This document shows, one piece after another, positions 55,770-64,000 of a DNA stretch of 64,000 nt (the first letter of the stretch is position 1; each line of letters begins with the position of its first letter). Location: sequence record OP617741.1. The stretch is one strand, 5' to 3'. The position numbers and the translations under genes are program-made. This DNA comes from Klebsiella phage KP13-16. The notes under the pieces are model-generated. The model did not search any database. It saw only the letters and a program-made list of their open reading frames with translations, and was not told the DNA's origin.

Positions 55770-55797
55770 AAATGAAAAAAGCACCCGAAGGTGCTTG
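55770..55797 (-). terminator. strong rho-independent terminator
   Basis: AAGCACC-ttcg-GGTGCTT (UUCG tetraloop) followed by UUUUUCAUUUUU on minus strand. Confidence 0.65.
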
Positions 55798-55806
55798 TAT
55801 AAAGTT

Positions 55807-56025
55807 TTAGGTTGTCGTTGGTGTCTCAGATTCCAGTGTGGTTTCTACTACAGTCAGTGTGTTAGGATCAATCGTTACACCGAAAGCCCTTTGAAGAAGA
55901 ACTGCTGCAACTTGTTTAGCTTGGTCTTCTGTTGCTGCATAGACACCTACACCACGTCTGGTATTTGAACCAGAATCAATATAACAAACTTCAAAATACA
56001 TGATATTTTCCTTTTTAGTGATCAC
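55807..56025 (-). CDS. hypothetical protein (72 aa)
   Basis: ORF track. Confidence 0.3.
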   Translation of the reverse strand: MITKKENIMYFEVCYIDSGSNTRRGVGVYAATEDQAKQVAAVLLQRAFGVTIDPNTLTVVETTLESETPTTT

Positions 56026-56044
56026 TATAGTATTTTAACATATT

Positions 56045-56551
56045 TCACACAAAATAGAAAGTATCTTCTAGTCCTAATCTGTTCTTTCTGTCCCAGATGT
56101 AGTAACAGTATTCTGTCATATCATTTCTGCTACCTTTAAATTTTGGTCTTTTTGTTAAAGTAATTAGTGCATCTGGTTTATTAGCATTCCAGAATTCTTT
56201 ACGTTTCTTAGAACCAAGAAAATTAGCTCTTTGAAGGTAGATTATCACATCTGCTTCAGTAAAGCTCTTTTCAAGAAAAGGTACAGATAAGCTGAATGGC
56301 GGATTTGTTATAATGCAATCAACGTGTTCAAATTTTGTAGTTAAATAATCTACACCTTCACTCAACTCTGCCCATTGCGATCCTTCTGGCATATACTTAT
56401 AAAAAGATTTAGCTTCACCACGACAAGGTTCAAGATAAGTCCAATCCTGTCTCATAGGGATTACTTCAAAAAGATCTAGGACAGTATATTCTGGAGTGGG
56501 GTAATATTCGTTACTAGGTTTGTCATAATTATTTGCCAACATCACCTCCAT
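56045..56551 (-). CDS. small amino-methyltransferase-like protein (N6-adenine/N4-cytosine DNA MTase-type motifs)
   Basis: motif X YYPTPEYTV, motif I WTYLEPCRGEAKSF, motif IV DCIITNPPF; only 168 aa, no recognisable TRD. Confidence 0.45.
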   Translation of the reverse strand: MEVMLANNYDKPSNEYYPTPEYTVLDLFEVIPMRQDWTYLEPCRGEAKSFYKYMPEGSQWAELSEGVDYLTTKFEHVDCIITNPPFSLSVPFLEKSFTEADVIIYLQRANFLGSKKRKEFWNANKPDALITLTKRPKFKGSRNDMTEYCYYIWDRKNRLGLEDTFYFV

Positions 56552-57107
56552 AAATCTTTCTAAACTCTGTCAAAACCTCTTCCCTACTTCTATCTCTAAT
56601 ATTGATACATGGTATATGAAGACTCTTTGCAAGATTCCAGGCAGTAGCCGTGCCACCTTCCACACGTTCGATATTATACTGGTCAAAATTAAAATCAGCA
56701 CAAGCAATAAGGATTTCAGATGGTGTGTTTAAGTCTAAACCTAAAACTTGATGGATATTCCTCTGGTGGAGTTTAAGAGCACCTTGAGTCAATCTATTAA
56801 AAGCTGGATGGATCTTTTTCACATATTCCAATGTCTCATCTGGCATAGGTAAGACAATTTCATCACCAATTAAAGCACTTCCACCTTTAAAGTTCTCCCA
56901 AGGAATATAAATTTCAGGTTTTAAGTATGTACCTTCTCTAAATCCAAGTTCTCCTGCCGTATCAGCACCATTTGCTTTACCAGAACGAATAATATATCCA
57001 TGTTGAGCAAAATATTTAGCAATTCCAAATAGAGTTAAATATTCTTTCTCTGAAATATTCCTACTCCCCACTAAAGTAAAATATTTATTCATATTAATCA
57101 AATCCAA
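56529..57107 (-). CDS. DprA/SLOG-like Rossmann-fold protein
   Basis: LVGSRN...YIIRSGKANGADTAGELG resembles DprA GSR...SGlArGIDaaAH core. Confidence 0.4.
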   Translation of the reverse strand: MDLINMNKYFTLVGSRNISEKEYLTLFGIAKYFAQHGYIIRSGKANGADTAGELGFREGTYLKPEIYIPWENFKGGSALIGDEIVLPMPDETLEYVKKIHPAFNRLTQGALKLHQRNIHQVLGLDLNTPSEILIACADFNFDQYNIERVEGGTATAWNLAKSLHIPCINIRDRSREEVLTEFRKIYGGDVGK

Positions 57108-57372
57108 TCACCTGAGATTTAGGTTGATTTAACCAATACTCAATTCCACCAAAAGACCCAGGTTTCCACTCGGTAGGTTTATATATGGGATTTTCCCTTT
57201 TCCGTAACTCTTTAATTATTTCTTCAAGTTCTACTTTGGATTCAACCTCGACTTTATCCTCTTCTCTATCTTTTGCTATAAAAGATTCTACAAAACTCTT
57301 ATCTTCTGTCTCTATTTCATATGTGACTGAAATATCACCAATAAGCCGAGTAATTTTTACTTTATATATCAT
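57094..57372 (-). CDS. hypothetical acidic protein (92 aa)
   Basis: ORF track. Confidence 0.3.
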   Translation of the reverse strand: MIYKVKITRLIGDISVTYEIETEDKSFVESFIAKDREEDKVEVESKVELEEIIKELRKRENPIYKPTEWKPGSFGGIEYWLNQPKSQVIGFD

Positions 57373-58145
57373 TCTTCATCTTCTCCTGTGATATAATGAT
57401 TAATATTATCGCCATCTAACCATGTGAAACACAATTTACCATTAAATACTGAGCCTGTATCTGTATAAATCCTATTTTCAATGTGCAATGGTTTTTCTAC
57501 ATAGGAGTGTCCATGGAAAACATAATCAATACCCAAGACAGGTTTAACTTTACCAGAACCTTTTGGATTTTCTTTATGGTAAAAGAAAGCTTCTAAGGTA
57601 TTACGATCCCACATTAAAGACTCTCTGCCTTTGTCAGTTTTTAGCATTGATAAAACTTGATCCCAAGTAGTGTCAAGATACTCAAACCCTACAGACTCAT
57701 ATTTACAAGGAATTCCACCATGAATGAATCCTAGTTTTTTACCTCTGTGGTGGACTTCAAGTACAATAGGTTTCTGATTAAGCCATTTACACAAAACTTC
57801 CATTCCAGACTCACCCACTTCATCTAAGACACTATGTCCACCATTCTGATACCAACAATGATACCAGTTTCGGTCTGATAAAGCATCCATCATCATCTTC
57901 TCATGGTTTCCTAAAACCATGTATCGATTTTCTTTCTGAGTAAACTCTACAAACATCTTTAGATTTTCTTTTCCGCGATCACCTAAATCACCGAGAGAAA
58001 TAACTACATCAGAATCTTTGATGCCGAGTCTTTTACAGCCCTCCTTATAGAGGGCATGCATACCATGAACATCAGAGATGATGTAAAGATCTTTCTCATC
58101 AGGAATTATCAGTTTCTGATAGAACGGTTGGTAATTTTGAAGCAT
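57369..58145 (-). CDS. calcineurin-like metallophosphoesterase (lambda Ser/Thr phosphatase / ApaH-like)
   Basis: LYIISDVHGM, SLGDLGDRG, VLGNHE motifs; start trimmed to MLQNYQPF (RBS AGGAGA). Confidence 0.7.
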   Translation of the reverse strand: MLQNYQPFYQKLIIPDEKDLYIISDVHGMHALYKEGCKRLGIKDSDVVISLGDLGDRGKENLKMFVEFTQKENRYMVLGNHEKMMMDALSDRNWYHCWYQNGGHSVLDEVGESGMEVLCKWLNQKPIVLEVHHRGKKLGFIHGGIPCKYESVGFEYLDTTWDQVLSMLKTDKGRESLMWDRNTLEAFFYHKENPKGSGKVKPVLGIDYVFHGHSYVEKPLHIENRIYTDTGSVFNGKLCFTWLDGDNINHYITGEDEE

Positions 58146-59013
58146 CTGAATGTTTCTCCTGAATCTCAACAAGTTTACTGTGAAGTTTAATTTTAAGATC
58201 TGACTTAAGTGATTTTTCTTTTGCAATAACACCAAACGCTTGTAGGTTATCCAAAATGTCTTTCTTGCTTAAGATTTCTAAGCATCGTTTCGCATCACCT
58301 TGAATTTTTATATTCAAGCACTCACCTTTTAAAGTTTCTCCATCACTAGAGAATACTTGAAGGAAGCCATCTTTAAAGAGTGCTAATGTAGCTGTTTCTG
58401 CAATAATCTGATCATCGTCATCTTCCTTATCTAGAATTTCAGATTTAACATCTTCATTAACAGGTTCCTCACCAAAGATATACTTAACCAACTCCTCTTT
58501 GGTCATCTCTTCAGCTTTTTCTTTCGTCAGTTCTTCTGGTTCTTCATCCAAATGTTCAATGAAAAGCTCTCCACCAGTAAAAACATCACGTTTAATTGCT
58601 ACTTTAACTGCATCTTCAGCAGATGCCCCAGCATCCATAGCAGATAAGGCAAAATCTGCACCAGAACCAATAGCATAATACTCAGCCCCAACAATTTCAT
58701 AGCAACGTTTACCACCTTCGTACATGAAGATAACTCCATCAGTAAAGACAACAATACCAGTGAAATCTTCATCGTCGATATTTTCAGGAATAAAAACTTG
58801 TACATGTGGTGACTCACCCTGGACAACTTGTGCATCACTCCATTCTTCAAACCACTTAAAGAATTGAAGTACACTGGAGAGTCTACCTGCACCACCAACT
58901 AAACAACCATTAATCTTTCTTACTTTTTTTAGATTTGTTTGATCAATACGATCACCCCAACTAACTTGACCGTCTGAAACCATCACCCCATTACGTGTTG
59001 CAATTGTAGTCAT
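58099..59013 (-). CDS. HslV/proteasome-beta-like Ntn-hydrolase domain protein with acidic C-terminal extension
   Basis: MTTIATRNGVMVSDGQVS (Thr2 nucleophile), AIGSGADFALSAMDAG (cf. HslV IGSGGPYAQAAARAL); extra ~150 aa Glu/Asp-rich tail. Confidence 0.55.
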   Translation of the reverse strand: MTTIATRNGVMVSDGQVSWGDRIDQTNLKKVRKINGCLVGGAGRLSSVLQFFKWFEEWSDAQVVQGESPHVQVFIPENIDDEDFTGIVVFTDGVIFMYEGGKRCYEIVGAEYYAIGSGADFALSAMDAGASAEDAVKVAIKRDVFTGGELFIEHLDEEPEELTKEKAEEMTKEELVKYIFGEEPVNEDVKSEILDKEDDDDQIIAETATLALFKDGFLQVFSSDGETLKGECLNIKIQGDAKRCLEILSKKDILDNLQAFGVIAKEKSLKSDLKIKLHSKLVEIQEKHSDASKLPTVLSETDNS

Positions 59014-59052
59014 TGTACTCTCCTCTTTATGGGAGTCCTTTCCCTTGTTAAT

Positions 59053-59514
59053 TTATTCCTCTTCAATATAACTTAAGAGTTCCCACATACCTTTTTTATA
59101 CTTCAAGAGATACTCTAAAGCACGTACTGTATCTTTGTCTGCCACGATACTGCCTGTAACAAGATTAGACTTATTTAAATCACCTAAATCTCTAACTAAA
59201 GATGCTTTTTTAAATGCTACGTCAGAAAGAACAAGTAACCTGACATCATCAATATCTATAAGTAAGCTTTCATCTTCTTTATAAGCTAAATCAAGGATAG
59301 CTTCAGATAAATTCTGGTGTTGATTATCTTTCAAGTAGTATTGTGAAACAATATCCTTACCGAATACAAATTTATGCAGTAAATCCTCTGTTCTCAAGAA
59401 AATTTCACGCATAATTATATTATCCCTGATATAAGCATATTCATTAGGTTTTACTAGGCCAAATCTATAAGCCTCGTCAATTTTCTCCTTATCTATAGTT
59501 GCATATGTTGCCAT
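59053..59514 (-). CDS. hypothetical protein (153 aa)
   Basis: ORF track. Confidence 0.35.
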   Translation of the reverse strand: MATYATIDKEKIDEAYRFGLVKPNEYAYIRDNIIMREIFLRTEDLLHKFVFGKDIVSQYYLKDNQHQNLSEAILDLAYKEDESLLIDIDDVRLLVLSDVAFKKASLVRDLGDLNKSNLVTGSIVADKDTVRALEYLLKYKKGMWELLSYIEEE

Positions 59515-59521
59515 CTATACC

Positions 59522-60268
59522 TCATGCATAAAGTTCTGTGATGAGTTTAGAGAGTTCACTACGTTGGTTTTCATCGGTTGTTAATTTAACATAGTGGATA
59601 AGTTCTTGAGTACTTTCTACAAACCCATCTTCGGCTTGTTCTGTTACTTTAGAAATCAAATCTGAGAAACCATCATCGCGTTTCTTGACAGAATATCGCT
59701 GCCGTGAATCTCCACAAACAACCACTCGACTACCCTCACCTGCACGTTCGAGCACAAGTTTCATTGTATTAGGTGAGAATGTTTGTCCTTCATCCACAAT
59801 AATAATACAGTTATCAAAAGTTGTACCAAGCAGATAGTTTGGGATTGTAAATTCAAGTTTTGTACCTTCATCACTTTCTAACTTACCTTTAGATACAAAA
59901 TTCAGGAAAATTCTTTTCATTTCAGAGAAATGGACAGCTAACTTATCCTGGACTTCTCCTTTAAGATAGCCGATCATATCATCGCCAGCTTCTGTAGGGT
60001 TTTTAATAAACACAATTTTGCGGTAATGTCCCTGTTTAAGATCCATCAAAGCTTTCCATACAGCAGTTGAAGTCTTACCAGTCCCAGAAGGACCATCAAC
60101 AATGGTTAAGTCATGATTATTCATACCGTAGACAATCTCACTCTGTGCTTCACTAGGAACGAACCAATCTAGCTTCCAGTCATTGTTTACTACAGCCTTT
60201 TCCTGGTATGCACTATGAACTTTCACTGCTTTACGATCAATACGATCACGACGATTTTGCTTAGGCAT
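59522..60268 (-). CDS. phoH: PhoH-family ATPase
   Basis: P-loop VDGPSGTGKTSTAV, DEGQ (Walker B IIVDEGQ), typical 248 aa. Confidence 0.85.
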   Translation of the reverse strand: MPKQNRRDRIDRKAVKVHSAYQEKAVVNNDWKLDWFVPSEAQSEIVYGMNNHDLTIVDGPSGTGKTSTAVWKALMDLKQGHYRKIVFIKNPTEAGDDMIGYLKGEVQDKLAVHFSEMKRIFLNFVSKGKLESDEGTKLEFTIPNYLLGTTFDNCIIIVDEGQTFSPNTMKLVLERAGEGSRVVVCGDSRQRYSVKKRDDGFSDLISKVTEQAEDGFVESTQELIHYVKLTTDENQRSELSKLITELYA

Positions 60269-60345
60269 ACTACTCTCCTTTTGTTATGCCCACCAAACTA
60301 GTGGGCTAATTAACTTATATCAAATCTTCAATCAGAAGTCAAGCT

Positions 60346-60840
60346 TTACCATCTAGAATAGATGCCTTTTGTGTAAACATTCCACTCTGCATTTCTTCTG
60401 TTCAGTACACCTTGATTAAATTTACCTTGAGATTTATTCCAAGCTTTCCATGCAGCCTCTAAAGTTCTGTATGAGGTTGGCAAACCATTAACCATCTTAA
60501 CAACAGATGAATTCTTAAACCCACTTATCCCAATGTTATAGCAAAGCATGACTAAAGCATCAAACTGAGACTGAGAAATTTTAACCTTAATACTTGAATT
60601 AACTGCATCCACATAAGGTTTGATTTTAACATCATATAGTGCATTAGCTTGTTCTACTGTGATCCCATTCTTATATTTATCCCATTCAGCCTGTGAAATC
60701 AAATAACCATACCCAATAGTAGCACCCTTAACCCAGGATTTAATAGGTGCGGATTTAATTCCTTTCTGATCATCATAAGGTTGTGTTGACAACACTTCTA
60801 TACTTTTTAGGAGGTTTTCACCTTTCTCACTTAAGTTCAT
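60346..60840 (-). CDS. GH24 lysozyme (phage endolysin, P22/T4 type)
   Basis: LLKSIEVL (catalytic Glu region), SQSQFDALVMLCYNIGISGFKNSSVVKMVN (cf. P22 NQNQYDALCSLIFNIGKSAFAGSTVLRQLN). Confidence 0.75.
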   Translation of the reverse strand: MNLSEKGENLLKSIEVLSTQPYDDQKGIKSAPIKSWVKGATIGYGYLISQAEWDKYKNGITVEQANALYDVKIKPYVDAVNSSIKVKISQSQFDALVMLCYNIGISGFKNSSVVKMVNGLPTSYRTLEAAWKAWNKSQGKFNQGVLNRRNAEWNVYTKGIYSRW

Positions 60841-60848
60841 GTATTACC

Positions 60849-61250
60849 TCAATGTACCAGTTTCTTTTCTTGATTATGAATTAGATGTTTAGCAAGCTCA
60901 ATAAAATGTTCATGAGTTGAGTCTTCTAATTTATAAGAGATCTCCATACCTCTTTTCATGATTTCATAATCCTCTTCTGTAATCGTAGCCTTAATAAGCT
61001 TAATACCTTCAGTTAAGAACCACTCGCGAAGTTTAGGATTTTTTGCTTTTTCAATACCCTGTTTGATATTTTCAATGGTAACTTCAACTTCAGCTAGGTA
61101 ATCTCTTGCTTCTTCCACTGTAAAATCTGAAGCATCTTTATATGCCCTTTGGAGTTCTAGGTAATCCTCTAGTGATCGTTCTAACTCTGCTCTTACTGCC
61201 TCATAAGAGATAGTAAGTTGGTCTTCTAAAATTTTATCAAAGTCTGACAT
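60849..61250 (-). CDS. hypothetical helical protein (133 aa)
   Basis: ORF track. Confidence 0.35.
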   Translation of the reverse strand: MSDFDKILEDQLTISYEAVRAELERSLEDYLELQRAYKDASDFTVEEARDYLAEVEVTIENIKQGIEKAKNPKLREWFLTEGIKLIKATITEEDYEIMKRGMEISYKLEDSTHEHFIELAKHLIHNQEKKLVH

Positions 61251-61390
61251 TATTCTTCACCTTTATCCAACTGCTCAAACAGTTTATGTTCTACGCTACC
61301 AGCTTTTTTAGGTTTAGTTTTGTTAACTTTGGAACGCAGTTCTTTAGACATTTCAATTGCCATCATTTTACGACGAGTTTTACCTTTCAT
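61250..61390 (-). CDS. small basic protein (46 aa)
   Basis: below cutoff; MKGKTRRK...; stop overlaps next start (TAATG). Confidence 0.3.
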   Translation of the reverse strand: MKGKTRRKMMAIEMSKELRSKVNKTKPKKAGSVEHKLFEQLDKGEE

Positions 61391-61400
61391 ATCTTTCCCC

Positions 61401-61676
61401 TTAAATATCAAACTTAATTGCTTTTTCTAACTCTTCAAATCCACCGATGTAATCCATTTCACCAAAACTATCACAGAAAATTTGTGGTACTGTTCTTGGA
61501 ATTACTCCAAACTCTTGACAGAATTCAAGGAGTTCTTCTTTTGTGGTGTCAACTCCAATTTGTTTGTAAGTGTATTTCTTTCCTTTTGCATCCAGTAGAT
61601 TCTTCGCTGCCGTACAGAACTTACAGTTTTCTTTGCCATAAACTAAATAACTCATCAAGTCTCCTATGTTAATCAA
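61401..61676 (-). CDS. nrdC: glutaredoxin (NrdC/NrdH-like thioltransferase)
   Basis: 91 aa; CKFC active site, ...VPQIF...IGGF glutaredoxin fold signature; adjacent to nrdAB. Confidence 0.75.
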   Translation of the reverse strand: MINIGDLMSYLVYGKENCKFCTAAKNLLDAKGKKYTYKQIGVDTTKEELLEFCQEFGVIPRTVPQIFCDSFGEMDYIGGFEELEKAIKFDI

Positions 61677-62793
61677 ATTTCAATTTAGATAAAAAGTCTT
61701 CTGTGACATTAGTATCTAAACTACCAGTTAAATATGAATCTAATTCCCTTTCTTGTGGTGTAACCTGCACCATATTTGAATTAAGATAACTACTAATCCA
61801 GCTTATTGGGTTTCTTGTAGTTTGGAATGGTAATTCTAACCCTACTGCTCGTGCTCTTTGTTCTGCGATATATTCAACATAATTTTTAAGGATCTGCGAG
61901 TTTAAACCAATCAGAGAACCATCCTTAAATAAATAATCTGCCCAATCTTTTTCTTGATTAACACATTCTAAGAATAGTGCTTCACATTCTTCTTTATGAT
62001 CTTCAGCAACACGTGCCATTAAATCACCTTCATTACCATTCTGGAATTGTTTGATGATATACTGAGTTCCAGATAGATGCAGTGCTTCATCACGAGCAAT
62101 AAGTTTGATGATACTCGCATTACCTGTCATTAAACGTAGCTGATCAAATGCAAAAGAGCAAGCAAAGCTGACGTAGAATCGAATAGCCTCAAGTGCGTTA
62201 ACAGAGTGCATACAAAGATACAGTGCTCTAGCATGTGTATATGGATCTACTTTATCACCATACTCTTTTTTAATGTTAAGCTTGTACAGAGTATCATATG
62301 CTTCAGATACAGATTTTGCCCTAGCCATAATCTCTTTAGATGTCAAAATATTATCAAGGATTTCTGTTGGATTTGGGAAAGCATTTCTCAGAATATGAGT
62401 GTAACTTCTTGCATGAATTGTTTCACTAAATGTCCAAGTTTCAATCCAGTTTTCAAGGGCTGGGTCAGAGACAATTGGTAGGAATACCGCATTTGGTCCA
62501 CGTCCTTGAATACTATCTAAGAGTGTTTGATATTGCAAGTTCGATGTGAAGATGTGCTTTTCATGTGCTTCAAGACTTTTAAAATCTGATGCATCCTTTG
62601 AAACGTTAATCTCCTCCGGTCGCCAGAAAAAACCTAGTTGCTTGGTTGTAAGCTTTTCAAATTTTGGGTGGCGTTGCTGGTCAAATCTGGCAACGTTTAC
62701 TGATTCACCAAAGAACATTGGTTGTTTCATAAAATCAAAGGTATTTTTATTAAATGCTGTGAAACTCAATTTTATCTCCCATAATATGCCCAC
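61669..62793 (-). CDS. nrdB: ribonucleotide reductase class Ia beta subunit
   Basis: near full-length alignment to E. coli NrdB (PMFFG..VNVARYDQQ, EKHIF.SNL.YQTLLDSIQGR, NALEAIRFYVSFACSFAF, ARDEALH); first codon in track is GTG. Confidence 0.9.
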   Translation of the reverse strand: MGILWEIKLSFTAFNKNTFDFMKQPMFFGESVNVARFDQQRHPKFEKLTTKQLGFFWRPEEINVSKDASDFKSLEAHEKHIFTSNLQYQTLLDSIQGRGPNAVFLPIVSDPALENWIETWTFSETIHARSYTHILRNAFPNPTEILDNILTSKEIMARAKSVSEAYDTLYKLNIKKEYGDKVDPYTHARALYLCMHSVNALEAIRFYVSFACSFAFDQLRLMTGNASIIKLIARDEALHLSGTQYIIKQFQNGNEGDLMARVAEDHKEECEALFLECVNQEKDWADYLFKDGSLIGLNSQILKNYVEYIAEQRARAVGLELPFQTTRNPISWISSYLNSNMVQVTPQERELDSYLTGSLDTNVTEDFLSKLKFD

Positions 62794-62803
62794 CGAAGTG
62801 GGC
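62788..62803 (-). promoter_or_regulatory. UUCG-tetraloop hairpin between nrdA and nrdB
   Basis: mRNA GCCCAC-UUCG-GUGGGC overlapping nrdB initiation region. Confidence 0.45.
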
Positions 62804-62813
62804 TTTTAAAAAT

Positions 62814-64000
62814 TTAAATCGCACAAGAATCACAATGTTCAGGTTCTTGAGGTTTAGTCTCTTCTGAAGGTTTGCTTACCTCTTGTTTTTCTTCTTGGAT
62901 ATTCCCGTCCTCAGTTTCATGATAATAGAGTGTCTTAATACCATGAGCTTTAGCAAAAACAATATCCTTAATAATCACAGCAAGTGGAAGTTTACTATCT
63001 TTAAAAGTATGTGGTTTGTAAGGAGTATTTGTTGAGATTGATTGGTCAACAAATTTTTGCATAATTGCTGCTAGTTCAAGATATGATCTACAGCTATGCA
63101 TATCCCATTTGTACTCATACACATCTTTCAGTTTAGAGACTTCTGGAACAAGCTGTTTAACCGTCCCACTCTTACTGGATTTAAACGACAGTGCAGATCT
63201 TGGTGGTTCGATACCATTTGTTGCATTGCTTACTTGTGAGCTTGATTCTGATGGCATTAATGCACTAAGTGTACAGTTCCTTAAACCATGAACCTTAATC
63301 TCCTCTCGTAATGCATCCCAATCTAACTGTAATTCAGCATCATGTAAGTTGTCAACCTTTTTCACATAACGATCTACAGGCATCACACCATCAAAGTAAG
63401 TTGTCTTATCAAATTCTTTAGCTGCACCACGCTCTTTAGCTAGTTCCAATGACGCAGTAAGTAATGCATATTGAATCTTTTCAAATAATTCATGGGTTAC
63501 TGTTTTAGCTTTTCTGTCAGAGTAACGCAAACCTTTTTTAGCTAAGAAGTATGCGTAGTTGATAACACCAACGCCAAGATTTCGCCAGTCTTTTCCTTTT
63601 TCAGCAGCTTTAACAGGATAATTCTGGTAGTCTAGGAGGTTATCCAATGCTCTGACAATAATCTTAGCCAAGCGAAGAATTTCTTCATATTTATCTACTT
63701 CACCAAGGTTAAATGCTGCTAATGTACATGTTGAAACTAATCCATCACCTTCATAAATATTATTCATTGGTGAGGTAGGCAATGTGATTTCTACACACAA
63801 ATTAGACTGTTTAATCGGAGCTTTATATTTATTGAAAGGACCAGTGTCATTAACTGTGTCAACATTCATAATATAAATTCTTCCTGTTTGAGATCGTTCC
63901 AGTAAGAGATTTTTCCAAGCTTCAAATGCTGGCATGGTTTTCTTCTTCACATTAGGATCATTTTCAAGTTGAACATAAAGTTGTTCAAATTTATCCTGAT
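62814..64000 (-). CDS. nrdA: ribonucleotide reductase class Ia alpha subunit (3' portion; gene continues past window end)
   Basis: C-terminal ...EHCDSCAI tail, PSESSSQVSNATNGIEPP (cf. NrdA C-terminal catalytic region); ORF open to window edge. Confidence 0.85.
   Translation of the reverse strand, partial: QDKFEQLYVQLENDPNVKKKTMPAFEAWKNLLLERSQTGRIYIMNVDTVNDTGPFNKYKAPIKQSNLCVEITLPTSPMNNIYEGDGLVSTCTLAAFNLGEVDKYEEILRLAKIIVRALDNLLDYQNYPVKAAEKGKDWRNLGVGVINYAYFLAKKGLRYSDRKAKTVTHELFEKIQYALLTASLELAKERGAAKEFDKTTYFDGVMPVDRYVKKVDNLHDAELQLDWDALREEIKVHGLRNCTLSALMPSESSSQVSNATNGIEPPRSALSFKSSKSGTVKQLVPEVSKLKDVYEYKWDMHSCRSYLELAAIMQKFVDQSISTNTPYKPHTFKDSKLPLAVIIKDIVFAKAHGIKTLYYHETEDGNIQEEKQEVSKPSEETKPQEPEHCDSCAI

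Noticed and set aside
60283-60301. GCCCAC-caaacta-GTGGGC hairpin between phoH and the lysozyme gene, considered as a terminator
   Set aside because: There is no U-run on the transcribed strand. It is more likely an mRNA-stabilising stem-loop, and the same GTGGGC/GCCCAC stem recurs at 4074 and 62788.
4957-63291. Numerous ORF-track entries lying antisense to, or in alternate frames of, confident genes (e.g. 4957-5217, 5816-6016, 5927-6121, 7573-7755, 7741-7953, 9596-9889, 10088-10458, 16207-16495, 22958-23143, 23827-24492, 25167-25716, 29789-30730, 32131-32773, 35885-36088, 37087-37287, 38481-38723, 41346-41707, 50581-51236, 58599-58898, 62206-62809, 63109-63291)
   Set aside because: Embedded in or overlapping long, well-supported ORFs, with low-complexity AT-codon translations and no start context. 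Treated as spurious.
1-64000. tRNA genes, rRNA, CRISPR arrays
   Set aside because: No T-loop GGTTCGAnTCC-type cloverleaf candidates and no regularly spaced direct repeats with unique spacers were seen by eye. A tRNAscan/CRISPR-finder run would be needed to be certain.

Overview
This window reads as a densely packed, low-GC (about 35%) segment of a large virulent T4-superfamily-like myovirus. It carries an accessory region with unusual cargo, and function calls are motif-level throughout, with no database search behind them.

The minus-strand block at 49-26,893 holds three things of note:
- A complete Ter/tellurite-type stress-response set: two TelA-like proteins, two TerD proteins, a vWA (TerY-like) protein and a TerC membrane protein. 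It is interleaved with an OB-fold RNA ligase, a BFD-like [2Fe-2S] protein, a SleB-type cell-wall hydrolase, a MazG-like NTP pyrophosphohydrolase and a truncated class-II aaRS-like core.
- Anaerobic ribonucleotide reductase genes NrdD and NrdG.
- An NAD/ADP-ribose module: a WGR+PARP catalytic protein, a TARG1/DarG-type macro domain and a NadR-like NMN adenylyltransferase/ribosylnicotinamide kinase. HNH and AP2 homing-endonuclease-like genes are interspersed.

A plus-strand block at 27,214-39,816 contains many small genes, a putative pol-beta-type nucleotidyltransferase, and a UvrD-like helicase interrupted by two inteins. One intein sits in the P-loop, carries a LAGLIDADG endonuclease and has an unusual Ala1. 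The other sits in motif III. A short C5-methyltransferase-like gene closes the block.

Coordinates 39.8-48.6 kb form a higher-GC hyperplastic region. It holds small ORFs behind repeated sigma70-like promoter plus stem-loop cassettes that resemble PeSL elements. It also holds a repeated roughly 100-bp element, a T5orf172/GIY-YIG-like gene with nested inverted repeats, and two clusters of Fur-box-like palindromic operators overlapping promoters at both borders.

The final minus-strand block at 48.6-64 kb has a GHKL ATPase, a serine recombinase with paralogous small genes, small N6-methyltransferase-like and DprA/SLOG-like proteins, a lambda-type phosphatase, an HslV-like peptidase, PhoH, a GH24 lysozyme, a glutaredoxin, NrdB and the 3' part of NrdA. 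No rRNA, tRNA or CRISPR array was recognised.
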